Virus record (IMG/VR): IMGVR_UViG_3300045135_003620
Coordinates: 1 to 61,953 of that record
Length of the DNA stretch: 61,953 nt
DNA from: a virus
Taxonomy: Duplodnaviria; Caudoviricetes
Direction: 5' to 3' (one strand)
Shown: positions 27,419 through 37,488 of the stretch, piece by piece
Position numbering within the stretch: the stretch's first letter is position 1
Layout: each line of letters opens with the position of its first letter
The notes under the pieces: model-generated
The model's input: the letters and a program-made list of their open reading frames with translations, nothing else
Database searches by the model: none
Told to the model about the DNA's origin: nothing
Translations under genes and position numbers: made by a program

Positions 27419-28684
27419 TTGATGTATTTAACGCACCTCGCGTCCCGACTATTCGGTACGCCGCTTCTGATCGCCCGTCCAAAACTGGACGTTATTTTGT
27501 CGGTACTGGGGCCGCGGTTAGGATTGCCCGACACCCAAACCAAACTGGCACTGCCACCTACGCGAGCAACTAAACCCACTCAACCAGGCATTGCTGTGAT
27601 TCCGGTCTACGGCACCTTGGTCAAACGCACGCTAGGGCTCGAAGCGGCCTCAGGGCTGACATCTTATGCTCAGATTTCCGAAGACATTGATGCCGCACTC
27701 AAAGACTCTGCAGTTGACGGCATTCTGCTCGATATTGACTCACCGGGCGGTGAAGCTTCGGGGGTCTTTGAGTTGGCCGAGCACATTCGCAAAGCCTCGG
27801 AAACCAAACCCGTCTGGGCGCACGCCAATGATTCTGCCTTATCAGCGGCCTATGCCATCGCTGCTGCTGCCAATCGCATCACTTTATCCAAAACCGCTGG
27901 TGTCGGCTCGATTGGGGTCATTGCCCTGCATGTCGATCAATCGCAACACGATGCCAAAGAAGGCCTGACTTACACCGCGATTTACGCCGGAAGCCACAAG
28001 AACGATTTGTCGCCTCATCAGCCACTGACCGAATCGGCCCATGATGCGCTGCAAAGCGAAGTCGATCGGCTGTACGGGATGTTTGTCTCGCAGGTAGCCG
28101 AGATGCGAAGCCTTGATCCTAAGAAAGTGATCGGTACCGAAGCCGGTCTGTTTTTTGGTGATAACGCCATTGAGTCAGGACTCGCCGATGACGTCGGTAC
28201 GTTTGAACAAACCTTAGCTGCCTTTGCTGAAACGCTCAAGGCGACAAAAGTCCTTCACAGCAAAGCACGTGCCTCACCCGCATCGCAGAACAATCCCATT
28301 TCACTTTCTCAGACTCATATACAGGAGTGCCTTATGCACGATACCGATGACACCGTGGTAGCCGACGAGGTTACTGAAACACCAGAAACACCCGCACTTA
28401 AACCTGAGGCTGTTGCACAAACCATTTCGACACCGAAGCCCATGGATACTCGTGCTGAAGCCCACGCGATTGCCGAGCTTTGCTTACTCGCTGGCCAACC
28501 ACAACGCACCGCAGAGTTCCTCGCCAGTGGCATGACCCAAGCTCAGGTGCGAACCACCTTGATCGAAGCGCGCGCTCAACAACCCGAGATTCAATCCCAC
28601 ATTACCGCCGAGGCCAGTACCCAAAGTCAGGAGACCAACAACCTGCTAATGGCCGCCACCCAAAAATTGACCCACAAGGAGTAA
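27419..28684 (+). CDS. S49 head maturation protease (gpC-like)
   Basis: LLDIDSPGGE, SAAYAIA and VGSIGV; C-terminal scaffold region. Confidence 0.92.
   Translation: MMYLTHLASRLFGTPLLIARPKLDVILSVLGPRLGLPDTQTKLALPPTRATKPTQPGIAVIPVYGTLVKRTLGLEAASGLTSYAQISEDIDAALKDSAVDGILLDIDSPGGEASGVFELAEHIRKASETKPVWAHANDSALSAAYAIAAAANRITLSKTAGVGSIGVIALHVDQSQHDAKEGLTYTAIYAGSHKNDLSPHQPLTESAHDALQSEVDRLYGMFVSQVAEMRSLDPKKVIGTEAGLFFGDNAIESGLADDVGTFEQTLAAFAETLKATKVLHSKARASPASQNNPISLSQTHIQECLMHDTDDTVVADEVTETPETPALKPEAVAQTISTPKPMDTRAEAHAIAELCLLAGQPQRTAEFLASGMTQAQVRTTLIEARAQQPEIQSHITAEASTQSQETNNLLMAATQKLTHKE
28334..28684 (+). CDS. Nested in-frame scaffolding protein (Nu3-like)
   Basis: In-frame ATG at 28334 with AGGAG at 28323-28327 inside gpC, as for lambda C/Nu3. 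Confidence 0.6.
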   Translation: MHDTDDTVVADEVTETPETPALKPEAVAQTISTPKPMDTRAEAHAIAELCLLAGQPQRTAEFLASGMTQAQVRTTLIEARAQQPEIQSHITAEASTQSQETNNLLMAATQKLTHKE

Positions 28685-28687
28685 CCC

Positions 28688-29062
28688 ATGGCCGCACTAC
28701 GCGAACCTATGAATTTGGGCGATCTGCTCAAATACGAAGCCCCCAACCTGTACTCCCGTGATGTTGCCACGGTGGCCGCAGGACAAAACCTGACCCTCGG
28801 TACGGTCGTTGCCCGCGATGCCACGGACAAGCTGGTAGCGCTTGATCCCACCGCCGTGGACTCAGCCGCGGTTGCAGTCGGTGTGTTGGCTTTTGATATC
28901 GACGCCACACTGATCGATCGAGCCGATGCGATCTTGATTGCCCGTCATTCCATTGTCGCCAGCCATGCATTGACCTGGCCTGCGGCGATTACCGCTGAAG
29001 AACAAACCATCGCCATTAACCAACTCACTGCAGCGGGCGTGCTTGTCCGTCAAGCGGCCTAA
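28688..29062 (+). CDS. Head decoration protein (gpD-like)
   Basis: Between protease and capsid; YSRDVATVAAGQNLTLGTVV. Confidence 0.85.
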   Translation: MAALREPMNLGDLLKYEAPNLYSRDVATVAAGQNLTLGTVVARDATDKLVALDPTAVDSAAVAVGVLAFDIDATLIDRADAILIARHSIVASHALTWPAAITAEEQTIAINQLTAAGVLVRQAA

Positions 29063-29076
29063 CGAGGACTCAATCC

Positions 29077-30078
29077 ATGCAGAACCTTTTTGATAATCCT
29101 GCCTTCTCGATGGCGGCCATGACCGCTGCCATCAACATCGTGCCGAACCGCTATGGTCGGGTCGGTGAACTGAACCTGTTTCCGTCCAAACCTGTTCGCA
29201 CACGCCAGATCATCGTGGAAGAACGCAACGGCGTCTTAAACTTGCTACCCACCATGCCACCGGGTGCGCCCGGCACGGTCGGTACCCGTGGTAAACGGGC
29301 ACTGCGCTCCTTTGTGGTACCGCATATTCCCCACGATGATGTGGTATTGCCCGAGGAAGTGATGGGCCTTCGCGCCTTCGGCTCGGAATCCGAGATGGAA
29401 GCCTTGGCCTCTGTCATGGCTCGTCACTTGGAAACCATGCGCAATAAGCACGCGATTACCTTGGAGCACCTGCGTATGGGGGCTCTCAAAGGCATCATCC
29501 TGGACGCTGACGGTTCGACTTTGTATGACCTCTACGATGAGTTTGATATCACACCCAAAACCATTGGGTTTGAATTAGGCTCAGCAACCACCAAGGTCAA
29601 AGAGAAATGTATCGACGTACTGCGCCACATGGAGGATAACCTCAAAGGCGAGTACATGAGCGGTGTCCATGTGTTGTGCTCTCCCGAGTTCTTCACGGCC
29701 CTGACCAGCCACGCCAAGATCGAAAAAGTCTACGAGAACTGGCAGCAAGGTATCGTGTTGATGAATGACGTGCGTGCCGGTTTCACCTTTGGTGGTATTA
29801 CCTTTGAGGAGTACCGCGGTCAGGCGACTGATGCCGATGGCAATGTGCGTCGCTTTATCGCCGCTGGTGAAGCCCATGCGTTCCCCACCGGAACCATTGA
29901 TACCTTTGGTACTTACTTCTCGCCCGCGGACTTCAACGAGACCGTCAACACCCTGGGACAGGAGCTCTACGCCAAACAGCAACCTCGCAAGTTTGAACGT
30001 GGCACCGACCTGCACACCCAGTCGAACCCCTTGCCGATGTGTCACCGCCCCGGTGTCCTCGTCAAATTGACGGTGTAA
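29077..30078 (+). CDS. Major capsid protein (lambda gpE family)
   Basis: PHIPHDDVVLPEEVMG, TLEHLRMGALKG and TQSNPLPMCHRP. Confidence 0.93.
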   Translation: MQNLFDNPAFSMAAMTAAINIVPNRYGRVGELNLFPSKPVRTRQIIVEERNGVLNLLPTMPPGAPGTVGTRGKRALRSFVVPHIPHDDVVLPEEVMGLRAFGSESEMEALASVMARHLETMRNKHAITLEHLRMGALKGIILDADGSTLYDLYDEFDITPKTIGFELGSATTKVKEKCIDVLRHMEDNLKGEYMSGVHVLCSPEFFTALTSHAKIEKVYENWQQGIVLMNDVRAGFTFGGITFEEYRGQATDADGNVRRFIAAGEAHAFPTGTIDTFGTYFSPADFNETVNTLGQELYAKQQPRKFERGTDLHTQSNPLPMCHRPGVLVKLTV

Positions 30079-30081
30079 TCA

Positions 30082-30414
30082 ATGAGTGCGCCGACGGCCA
30101 TTCAGCAACACATAGCCGCTCTGTATCGGGCGGCCGAAGGTGCTGGCCTGTTGTCGACTTGTGTGTGGCAGCGCCCTGAATACCAGGGTGCCTTGCCACC
30201 ACCTGAGAGTCATGCGGTGGGTTTTCGGGCACCCGATGAATCTATCCTCGATGGTTTGAGTCTCTCAACCGAGTACACCATGACCTACCCTGACACCGCC
30301 TTTTTGGACTTGGCACCCCAAGCCATCGTAGCGGTCGATGGGCGTAGTTTTCAGGTACGACAAGTGCGATCAGGCGGTGATGGTGAGCGCATTGCTACGC
30401 TGATAAGGGTTTAA
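30082..30414 (+). CDS. Head closure / head-tail joining protein
   Basis: Position after the capsid gene; beta-rich VDGRSFQVRQVR. Confidence 0.6.
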   Translation: MSAPTAIQQHIAALYRAAEGAGLLSTCVWQRPEYQGALPPPESHAVGFRAPDESILDGLSLSTEYTMTYPDTAFLDLAPQAIVAVDGRSFQVRQVRSGGDGERIATLIRV

Positions 30415-30416
30415 CC

Positions 30417-30860
30417 ATGGATATCTCGATCCGTGAACAAATCCTGCAGCGGATGCTGACGATTCTTGAACCAGTGGCCACGAGTAATAGCGCGACTATC
30501 CATCGCTCACCGACTGTCGCCCTGACTCGAGAGCAATGTCCTGCCTTAGTCCTGTTTCCGGAGGCTGAAGCCGTTGTACAAAAAGCCAACGATCGACTGG
30601 TTCGCGAGCTCACAGTAAAAATTGTGGCTTTGGCTCGCGCTGTTCCGCCACAAGCCCCCGAAACCCTCGCCGATCAACTGATGACACAAGCCCATCGGGC
30701 GCTGTTTAACGATCGTAACCTCGGTGGACTCATTTTGAGTTTGCAGGAGGAGTCCTGCGATTGGGATGTGGAAGATGCCGATGCCATAGCGGCCGCCATT
30801 CCCGTCACGTATCGGCTGACCTACCGCACTCACCAACACGATATTGCCCTGCAAGGATAA
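30417..30860 (+). CDS. Tail terminator-like protein
   Basis: SIREQIL...PALVLFP...YRLTYRT; position and size. Confidence 0.6.
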   Translation: MDISIREQILQRMLTILEPVATSNSATIHRSPTVALTREQCPALVLFPEAEAVVQKANDRLVRELTVKIVALARAVPPQAPETLADQLMTQAHRALFNDRNLGGLILSLQEESCDWDVEDADAIAAAIPVTYRLTYRTHQHDIALQG

Positions 30861-30864
30861 CTCC

Positions 30865-31068
30865 ATGCCTCAAATTATTTTAAACCAAGCCCATACCCAC
30901 GCGGGTGTGGCCTACGCTGCTGGCAAGCGACTCGAGGTCGACACCACCACCGCTGAGTGGTTGGTTGAACAAGGCGTTGCCCGACTGAAAACAGCATCAT
31001 CAACAACCGCCAGCACCAACACTGACACTGATACCAAAACTGCTACCCGCAAGGATTCCCAATCATGA
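30865..31068 (+). CDS. Small hypothetical virion-associated protein
   Basis: HTHAGVAYAAG..LEVD..TAEWLVEQGVA; AAGGA RBS. Confidence 0.55.
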   Translation: MPQIILNQAHTHAGVAYAAGKRLEVDTTTAEWLVEQGVARLKTASSTTASTNTDTDTKTATRKDSQS

Positions 31069-31817
31069 GTACCTATGCTTCCTTTCAAGGCCGAGTGTAT
31101 CTCGGCAAACGCGATACTGACGGGAATCCCCTCGATGTTCGCTCACCCGGCAATGTTGCCGAACTAAAACTGGCGCTTAAAACCGATGTGCTAGAACACT
31201 ATGAAAGCCAAAGTGGTCAACGCACGTTGGACCACCGAATGGTGAAACAAAAGTCGGCGACCGTGATGCTAACCATCGAGGAATTCACCAAGGAAAACCT
31301 CGCTCTTGCCTTGTACGGCACCCATGTCGTGGGTGAACCGGGTACTGTCACCGATGAACCCATTGGTGGTGCTACACCCGTTGTGGGCGATCGTTACTTC
31401 TTGGCTCACCCCAAAGTATCGAGCCTGGTTGTCACCGACTCTGCTGGTACACCTGCGACATTGACGCTTGGCACGCATTACACCGCAGATACTGACTTTG
31501 GTGCGATTCAGTTCTTGGATACCACAGGCTTTACCGCACCCTTCAAAGCCAGTTATGCCTACGGTGTGGCGACCGAAATTGGCATCTTCACCCAAGCACT
31601 GCCGGAGCGTTATCTGCGCCTCGAGGGGATCAACACTGCCCAAGACAACGCCAAGGTCCTAGTTGAGCTCTATCGGGTAGCCTTTGATCCACTCAAAGAG
31701 ATCTCGTTTATCTCGGACGACTACAATAAATTTGAATTGGAAGGCTCACTGTTAGCGGATAGCACCAAACCGTTTGATGCCGTACTCGGTCAGTTTGGCC
31801 GCATTGTGCAGTTGTAA
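31065..31817 (+). CDS. Major tail tube protein
   Basis: YASFQGRVYLG...GNVAELKL...EHYESQSG..., 250 aa, upstream of the chaperone and tape measure; no sheath gene present. Confidence 0.8.
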   Translation: MSTYASFQGRVYLGKRDTDGNPLDVRSPGNVAELKLALKTDVLEHYESQSGQRTLDHRMVKQKSATVMLTIEEFTKENLALALYGTHVVGEPGTVTDEPIGGATPVVGDRYFLAHPKVSSLVVTDSAGTPATLTLGTHYTADTDFGAIQFLDTTGFTAPFKASYAYGVATEIGIFTQALPERYLRLEGINTAQDNAKVLVELYRVAFDPLKEISFISDDYNKFELEGSLLADSTKPFDAVLGQFGRIVQL

Positions 31818-31828
31818 GGAGCTAAACC

Positions 31829-32221
31829 ATGAGTGATCTCGATAAATTAGTCCCTGCGACCTCTGAGCTGACATTGAATGGTGAAACCATTTCGGTAAGT
31901 CCGCTGCGTGTCGGTCAAATGCCAGCCTTTCTGCGCGTACTCGCCCCGGTGATGAAGCAAATCACCGACGAGGGTGTGGATTGGTTATCACTGTTCGGTG
32001 AGCGCGGAGAGGATCTTCTGCGAGCCGTCGCGATTGCGATAAACAAACCGCAAAAATGGGTAGATGATTTAGCCGCAGACGAGGCCATTTTACTTGCCGC
32101 CAAAGTCATCGAGGTGAATGCCGATTTTTTTACCCGGACAGTGCTACCTCGACTGGATGGCCTGTTCACCCAGGTCGGGAAGGTCACCAGCAAGGATGGT
32201 TCGACGCCATCCAAGTCCTGA
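31829..32221 (+). CDS. Tail assembly chaperone (gpG-like)
   Basis: Between tail tube and tape measure; contains a T TTT TTT slippery heptamer at 32125-32131. Confidence 0.8.
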   Translation: MSDLDKLVPATSELTLNGETISVSPLRVGQMPAFLRVLAPVMKQITDEGVDWLSLFGERGEDLLRAVAIAINKPQKWVDDLAADEAILLAAKVIEVNADFFTRTVLPRLDGLFTQVGKVTSKDGSTPSKS

Positions 32222-32409
32222 TTGATCATGGCCACCATTTTACTGACATCCTCCATTACACCCTAGCGCAGATGAATGCCTTTTTGGCCGCCATTGAGCG
32301 CCAGCAACGTCAACAGGATGCGAAGTGGCTGAGTCTGATTACACTGGCCAGTCGAGGTGATCCTAAGCAAGTGGATAAAATCCTCGATCGGCTCTCAGGC
32401 CTATTATGA
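32125..32409 (+). CDS. -1 frameshift extension of the chaperone (gpGT-like; fused product about 193 aa from 31829)
   Basis: The -1 frame is open from the slippery site to TGA 32407-32409 (…WFDAIQVLIDHGHHFTDILHYTLAQMNAFL…), and that stop overlaps the next ATG. Not in the supplied ORF track. Confidence 0.75.
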   Translation, partial: FFYPDSATSTGWPVHPGREGHQQGWFDAIQVLIDHGHHFTDILHYTLAQMNAFLAAIERQQRQQDAKWLSLITLASRGDPKQVDKILDRLSGLL

Positions 32410-33050
32410 AAATCCATATCACACTCGACAGCGTTAAGGCCAAAGCTCACCTGCGCCAATGGGGCGGTGAGTTTCGCACCAAGATGCAAAAGACCGTAGT
32501 GCGTGCCATTGCCACTGAAGCACGCGAGATTCGTGAAGATGTGCGAGAGCATGTCGGGGCTAACCTCAGTGTAGCTCGCAAATCGTTTCTGAGGGGCTTT
32601 ACCGCACGCGCCTTGGATGGTGACAAGAACCGTTTGCCCGCGCTGTATGTCGGATCACGCATCCCGTGGTCGGGCATGCATGAGCAAGGTGGCAGCATTA
32701 ACAAGCGCATGCTGATTCCTGTGAATGGCCGTGTCGGTCGCAAACGCTTCAAGCAACAAGTCACCGAACTAATGCGTGGCGGCAACGCTTTCTTTGTTAA
32801 AAACAGCAAAGGCAACTTGGTGCTGATGGCTGAAAACCAAAAGGAATTCGATCGTCCCTTGCGGAAGTTTAAAAGTCACCATCGCAAGACCACTGGCACC
32901 AAACGATTAAAACGTGGCGAAGCTATTCCGATTGCGGTACTCGTCCCCCGCGTCATGCTCAAAAAGCGCCTCAACGTAGAACGCCTCGTCAATAACCGTA
33001 TCCCCAAACTATCACAACGCATTGAAGATTTTATCGCCACCCTTGAATAG
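32406..33050 (+). CDS. Basic tail completion-like protein (DUF6441-like)
   Basis: Very K/R-rich; PIAVLVPRVMLKKRLN; located in the tail operon. Confidence 0.6.
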   Translation: MKIHITLDSVKAKAHLRQWGGEFRTKMQKTVVRAIATEAREIREDVREHVGANLSVARKSFLRGFTARALDGDKNRLPALYVGSRIPWSGMHEQGGSINKRMLIPVNGRVGRKRFKQQVTELMRGGNAFFVKNSKGNLVLMAENQKEFDRPLRKFKSHHRKTTGTKRLKRGEAIPIAVLVPRVMLKKRLNVERLVNNRIPKLSQRIEDFIATLE

Positions 33051-33066
33051 GAAATTTTGTTAACCC

Positions 33067-36000
33067 ATGGCTAAACGCATCTCCATACTGATTGCACTCG
33101 ATGCCGCCGATGAGGGCTTAAAGAAAGCCATCAATGACGCCGGCAAGTCGATGGACGATTTGTCCTCTAGTGCGCGCGCCGCTGGCGACAAGACGGCGCA
33201 AGGTATGGCTGATGTCAAAGCGGGTGTGGCGGCCTTTGGTGATCAGGTCTCCAAGGCCAAAACCCAACTGCTCGCCTTTTTAACCATCAACTGGGCAGCG
33301 GGCAAAGTCCAAGAAATAGTGCAAATTGCCGATGCGTGGAACTCCATGGCGGCACGTCTGAAACTCGCTACCGCCGGCCAACAGGAATTCATCACCGCCC
33401 AAGAACGGCTGTTTGATATCGCCCAGCGCATCGGTGTACCGATACAAGAAATGGCGACGCTATACGGCAAACTGCAACTCGCAGTACGCCAACTGGGTGG
33501 TGAACAGGAACAAGCCTTTCAACTGACAGAGAGTATCTCTCAGGCCTTACGCATCTCAGGCTCATCCGCGACCGAAGCTCAATCCGCATTACTTCAATTT
33601 GGGCAAGCCCTGTCGGCAGGCGTTTTACGTGGTGAAGAATTTAACTCGGTGGTTGAAAACTCACCCCGTCTGGCCCGAGCGCTCGCTGATGGTTTGAACG
33701 TCCCAATCGGACGGCTTCGCAAAATGGCCGAAGAAGGCAAGCTCACCGCCGATGTCGTGGTTGGTGCCTTGATGAGCCAAAAGGACACACTGGAGCAAGA
33801 GTATTCCCAACTTCCGGCGACCGTATCGCAGGCTTATACACGGCTTGAGAATGCCTTTGGTCAGTGGGTCAGTCGCGTCGATGAGGCCACCGGATTCAGT
33901 CAAAAGCTGGCCGAGGCCATGACCTGGTTAGCTGAAAACATCGATACTGTGATGGCCGCTCTAAAGATATTAATGGAAGCGGGTTTGATGGTACTCACAT
34001 ATCGGTTAATACCCGCACTCATTACCGCCTGGCAAACGGTCGGTGCAGCAGCGGTTACCGCAGCGACGACTGCAAAGGCTGCATGGGCCACAGCCAATTT
34101 GAGTGTATCGGCCGCTACTGCTAGCGTCGGCTTGCTCAACACGGCCTTTGCAGCACTCAGCGCATTTTTAGTGGGTTGGGAAATCGGCACATGGCTATCG
34201 GACAAGTTTGAGATCGTCCGTAAAGCCGGCGTGTTCATGGTCGAAGTGCTGATGAAGGGTATTGAGGAGATGCAGTACCGTTGGGAAGCCTTCGCAGCGG
34301 TGTTTACCTCCGACACCATTGATGAAGCGACGGCTCGTCACGAGCAACGCTTGAACGACATGAACGGCATCTTTGCACAAATGTACGCCGAAGCCGAAGG
34401 TGCCACCGGTGCGGCGACAGACGCAATGAATGCCGCCGGTGATGCTGCTGAGGCCATCGCCAAACGGCTCGATGCGGTTCGCCAAGGTACTCAAGAAGCG
34501 GTTGGCCGGGGCGTTGAAGCCTTGCGTGACACGCTGGGCAAACTCAACACCCGCATCGGCGAAGTCGAGAAAACCATTTCGCAAGCCAATGGGGTGATTA
34601 GCTCAGCCACGGCCAGTATGGCTCAGGCCTATAAAACACTGACGGACGATGTTGCCACTGCCATGACAGAACAAGTCGATGCGGTGAAAGCACGCTTTGA
34701 AGTAGAAAAAGCCGAATTAGAACTTTCCAGTCAATCGCAGAAAACCAAGATACGCGAAGCCACTGAACTTCTCACCGACAGTCTCGATGAGCAAACGCAA
34801 CTGCGCCAGCAAGCCAGTGACAAAACACTGCGGTTGATCGACGAGGAGTCACAAGCACGCATTGAAGCAGCCAGTCGCCAAGGCGATACCGAGCAGGAGC
34901 GAAGCGCCAATGTACAGCGAGTGGAAAACGATATACTCGCCACCAAACGCCAAACCCTGCAGATTGCCATCGACGAATACCGTCAACACATCGACGCCTT
35001 AAACGATGAAGCGAACCGGCATTTAACCGAAATCCAACGCATCGAAGAACAAAAACGCCTGCTGTCTATGTCGACAGAAGAACGCATTCGCGAAATTCAA
35101 CGCCAAGGCATGAGCGACTTCGAGGCCAACGAAGATCGCAAGAAACAAATTCAGGAATACCAGGCCGAAGCACGCAGACTTCTAGCGGCTGGTGAGTTCG
35201 ACGAAGCCAAGAAATTCGCTCAAAAGGCCATGGATCTGGCGGCACAAGTCGCCACCACCCAAACCAGCGAAGCCAAACGTGCCGCCGATACCCGCACACG
35301 ATCAGAGCAAGATTTTAGCCGAGTGGTACAACTGGAATCCCAAGCGCGGGATGCTTCGCGCCGCGGGGAGTTCGACCGCGCCCGTGACTTGATGCAGCAG
35401 GCGGATAATCTGCGCGCCGATATCCACGACAAGACCCGCTCGGCGGATCAAGAAATCGTCAGCAGTAAGCGTGACGTCAATAACGCTATTGATGCCATAC
35501 GCGCCTCCGAGGATTTATTGAGCCGCGCTCTTGATGGCGAAGGACAGGCTCATCGATCTGCGGCGCAAGAGGCGATTTCGGCACGTCAGGATATCCAAAC
35601 CACACTGACCCAAACCGAAAATCAAGTCGATGACTTGAGTCAGCAACTAGCCAAAGGTATGGCCATTACCTTAACGGCGGACAGTTCCAAATTCACCCAA
35701 GCACTATCCGACCTTGATAGCGCGCTTGCAGAAAAGTCCTATCTATTGGATGTGCAGGCCGATCTCAGTCAAGCTGAAAAAACGCTTGAAGAGTACGAGC
35801 AAAAACTCAAAGCCGGTGAAACACTTCCTGTTGAAGCCAAGATTGAGGTGGAGAACGCCAAGGCTACCCTTGAGCAATTTAAAACCTACGCCAAGGAAAG
35901 TGGTCGTGTGGATCTACAAGTCAGTGTCGATAAAGCACAAGCCGCTATTGGCAACGTTGAACGGCAAATCACCGCACTTAACCGTATCGAAACCAAATCG

Positions 36001-37065
36001 CGCCATGCGATTCTAACCAATGCCCGAACAGCAAGAAGTGAAATCAATTCACTCAACAACGCCAATACCTCGAGTACCCACACCATCTATGTGCGGCGGG
36101 TTGAAACCAATGCCAGTGGCGGTGTTGTGGGTGAAGGAATCAATCATACCAATGTGCGCGCCTATAATACTGGTGGTGAGGTATCACCATTATTTCCCCG
36201 CATGAATAGCGGTAAAGTCCCAGGTTCCGGTGATCAAGACACCGTACCAAGAACGCTCAACAGCGGAGCCTTTGTGTTACGCAAAGCTGCGGTGAAGAAA
36301 TACGGCATGGAACAACTCAGACACTTTGCTACCGGCGGGTTTGTTTCACGCCTAACTGGCAATAGCGCCCCGATCAAAAAGAACCGCCAAGTGTTCGAGG
36401 CCCAGAAGATGATCGAACTGGGCATGAAAGGCATTGACCAATACGTTACGTGGCTACAACGACGCTACGGTGCACACGCGAGTCCACGGCTGCGTTGGAA
36501 TACCATGCAAAGCTACAACGAACGTGCGGTGAATGATCGCCGTACCTTACAGAAGCTCGTGGGTCGCAAAGAACTCACTACGAACGAACAACAGCAACTG
36601 CAATCCATTACCGAAACATGGCGTAAAGCGATGGCCAAGCCTTTGTCATGGGGTAAGGACTTCGAACGCGATCTGCTCGATTACATGGAACAACACCAAG
36701 GCGAGTTCTTTCGTCGTGGAGGCATAGCACCTTCCGATACCGTGCCGGCCATGCTGACACCGGGCGAATATGTGGTGAGCAAAGGTGCGGTCAACCAATA
36801 CGGCGCAGACTTCTTTGCCACCATTAACAATCTATCGATGCCGGCTCAGGCCATCGCTCAACGTGTTCAGGGCTTTGCCACCGGCGGATTGGTGAATGCC
36901 ATGGCATCGCCCTTAGGTCGCCCCGAATGGGCAAACAACACGCCAGCACGAACGGTTCGGGTCGAATTGGTCTCAGGCGATCGCAAGGTCAGTGCATCCA
37001 TCGATGCCCGCGATGAAAACCAGTTTCTGCAATTACTCAGTGCCGCCAAAGCGCGCTCCATTTAA
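33067..37065 (+). CDS. Tail tape measure protein
   Basis: 1332 aa, helical and Ala-rich; QFGQALSAGVLRGEEFNSVVEN tape-measure domain; C-terminal FATGG and DTVPAMLTPGEYV motifs. Confidence 0.95.
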   Translation: MAKRISILIALDAADEGLKKAINDAGKSMDDLSSSARAAGDKTAQGMADVKAGVAAFGDQVSKAKTQLLAFLTINWAAGKVQEIVQIADAWNSMAARLKLATAGQQEFITAQERLFDIAQRIGVPIQEMATLYGKLQLAVRQLGGEQEQAFQLTESISQALRISGSSATEAQSALLQFGQALSAGVLRGEEFNSVVENSPRLARALADGLNVPIGRLRKMAEEGKLTADVVVGALMSQKDTLEQEYSQLPATVSQAYTRLENAFGQWVSRVDEATGFSQKLAEAMTWLAENIDTVMAALKILMEAGLMVLTYRLIPALITAWQTVGAAAVTAATTAKAAWATANLSVSAATASVGLLNTAFAALSAFLVGWEIGTWLSDKFEIVRKAGVFMVEVLMKGIEEMQYRWEAFAAVFTSDTIDEATARHEQRLNDMNGIFAQMYAEAEGATGAATDAMNAAGDAAEAIAKRLDAVRQGTQEAVGRGVEALRDTLGKLNTRIGEVEKTISQANGVISSATASMAQAYKTLTDDVATAMTEQVDAVKARFEVEKAELELSSQSQKTKIREATELLTDSLDEQTQLRQQASDKTLRLIDEESQARIEAASRQGDTEQERSANVQRVENDILATKRQTLQIAIDEYRQHIDALNDEANRHLTEIQRIEEQKRLLSMSTEERIREIQRQGMSDFEANEDRKKQIQEYQAEARRLLAAGEFDEAKKFAQKAMDLAAQVATTQTSEAKRAADTRTRSEQDFSRVVQLESQARDASRRGEFDRARDLMQQADNLRADIHDKTRSADQEIVSSKRDVNNAIDAIRASEDLLSRALDGEGQAHRSAAQEAISARQDIQTTLTQTENQVDDLSQQLAKGMAITLTADSSKFTQALSDLDSALAEKSYLLDVQADLSQAEKTLEEYEQKLKAGETLPVEAKIEVENAKATLEQFKTYAKESGRVDLQVSVDKAQAAIGNVERQITALNRIETKSRHAILTNARTARSEINSLNNANTSSTHTIYVRRVETNASGGVVGEGINHTNVRAYNTGGEVSPLFPRMNSGKVPGSGDQDTVPRTLNSGAFVLRKAAVKKYGMEQLRHFATGGFVSRLTGNSAPIKKNRQVFEAQKMIELGMKGIDQYVTWLQRRYGAHASPRLRWNTMQSYNERAVNDRRTLQKLVGRKELTTNEQQQLQSITETWRKAMAKPLSWGKDFERDLLDYMEQHQGEFFRRGGIAPSDTVPAMLTPGEYVVSKGAVNQYGADFFATINNLSMPAQAIAQRVQGFATGGLVNAMASPLGRPEWANNTPARTVRVELVSGDRKVSASIDARDENQFLQLLSAAKARSI

Positions 37066-37079
37066 AAAGAATACAGACG

Positions 37080-37487
37080 ATGCAATTAACCAACCTTTCT
37101 ACCAATGAGCAGTTAACCCTGCCCGACGATCTGATCTGGCAGGACGAGTACAACTGGGCGCCCACGTTATCAAATGTGTCCTACACCATTACCGGGGCAA
37201 TGATTGTTCAGTCAGCTGCAAAACAAACGGGTCGTCACATCAGCTTAGTGGGACCTGCCGACATGGCATGGGTCACGCGCGCCACCATTGAAACACTGCA
37301 TGACTGGGCAAGTATCACCCTCAGCGATACCGACGGACGCTATCAATTAACCCTGAGCGATGGCCGCCAATTCAACGTGGCTTTTCGGCACGACGATACA
37401 CCGGTGGAGGCCGAGCCCGTACTTGGTATTGCCGCCAAATCCGACCAGGACTATTACCGCCTAACCCTACGTTTACTGGAGCTCTAA
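37080..37487 (+). CDS. Distal-tail-like protein
   Basis: LPDDLIWQDEYNW; directly after the tape measure. Confidence 0.6.
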   Translation: MQLTNLSTNEQLTLPDDLIWQDEYNWAPTLSNVSYTITGAMIVQSAAKQTGRHISLVGPADMAWVTRATIETLHDWASITLSDTDGRYQLTLSDGRQFNVAFRHDDTPVEAEPVLGIAAKSDQDYYRLTLRLLEL

Positions 37488-37488
37488 C

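Noticed and set aside
36100-36900. Duplicated FATGG / DTVP..L..G.(F/Y)V motifs in the tape measure C-terminus
   Set aside because: Common feature of tape measure proteins; not novel.
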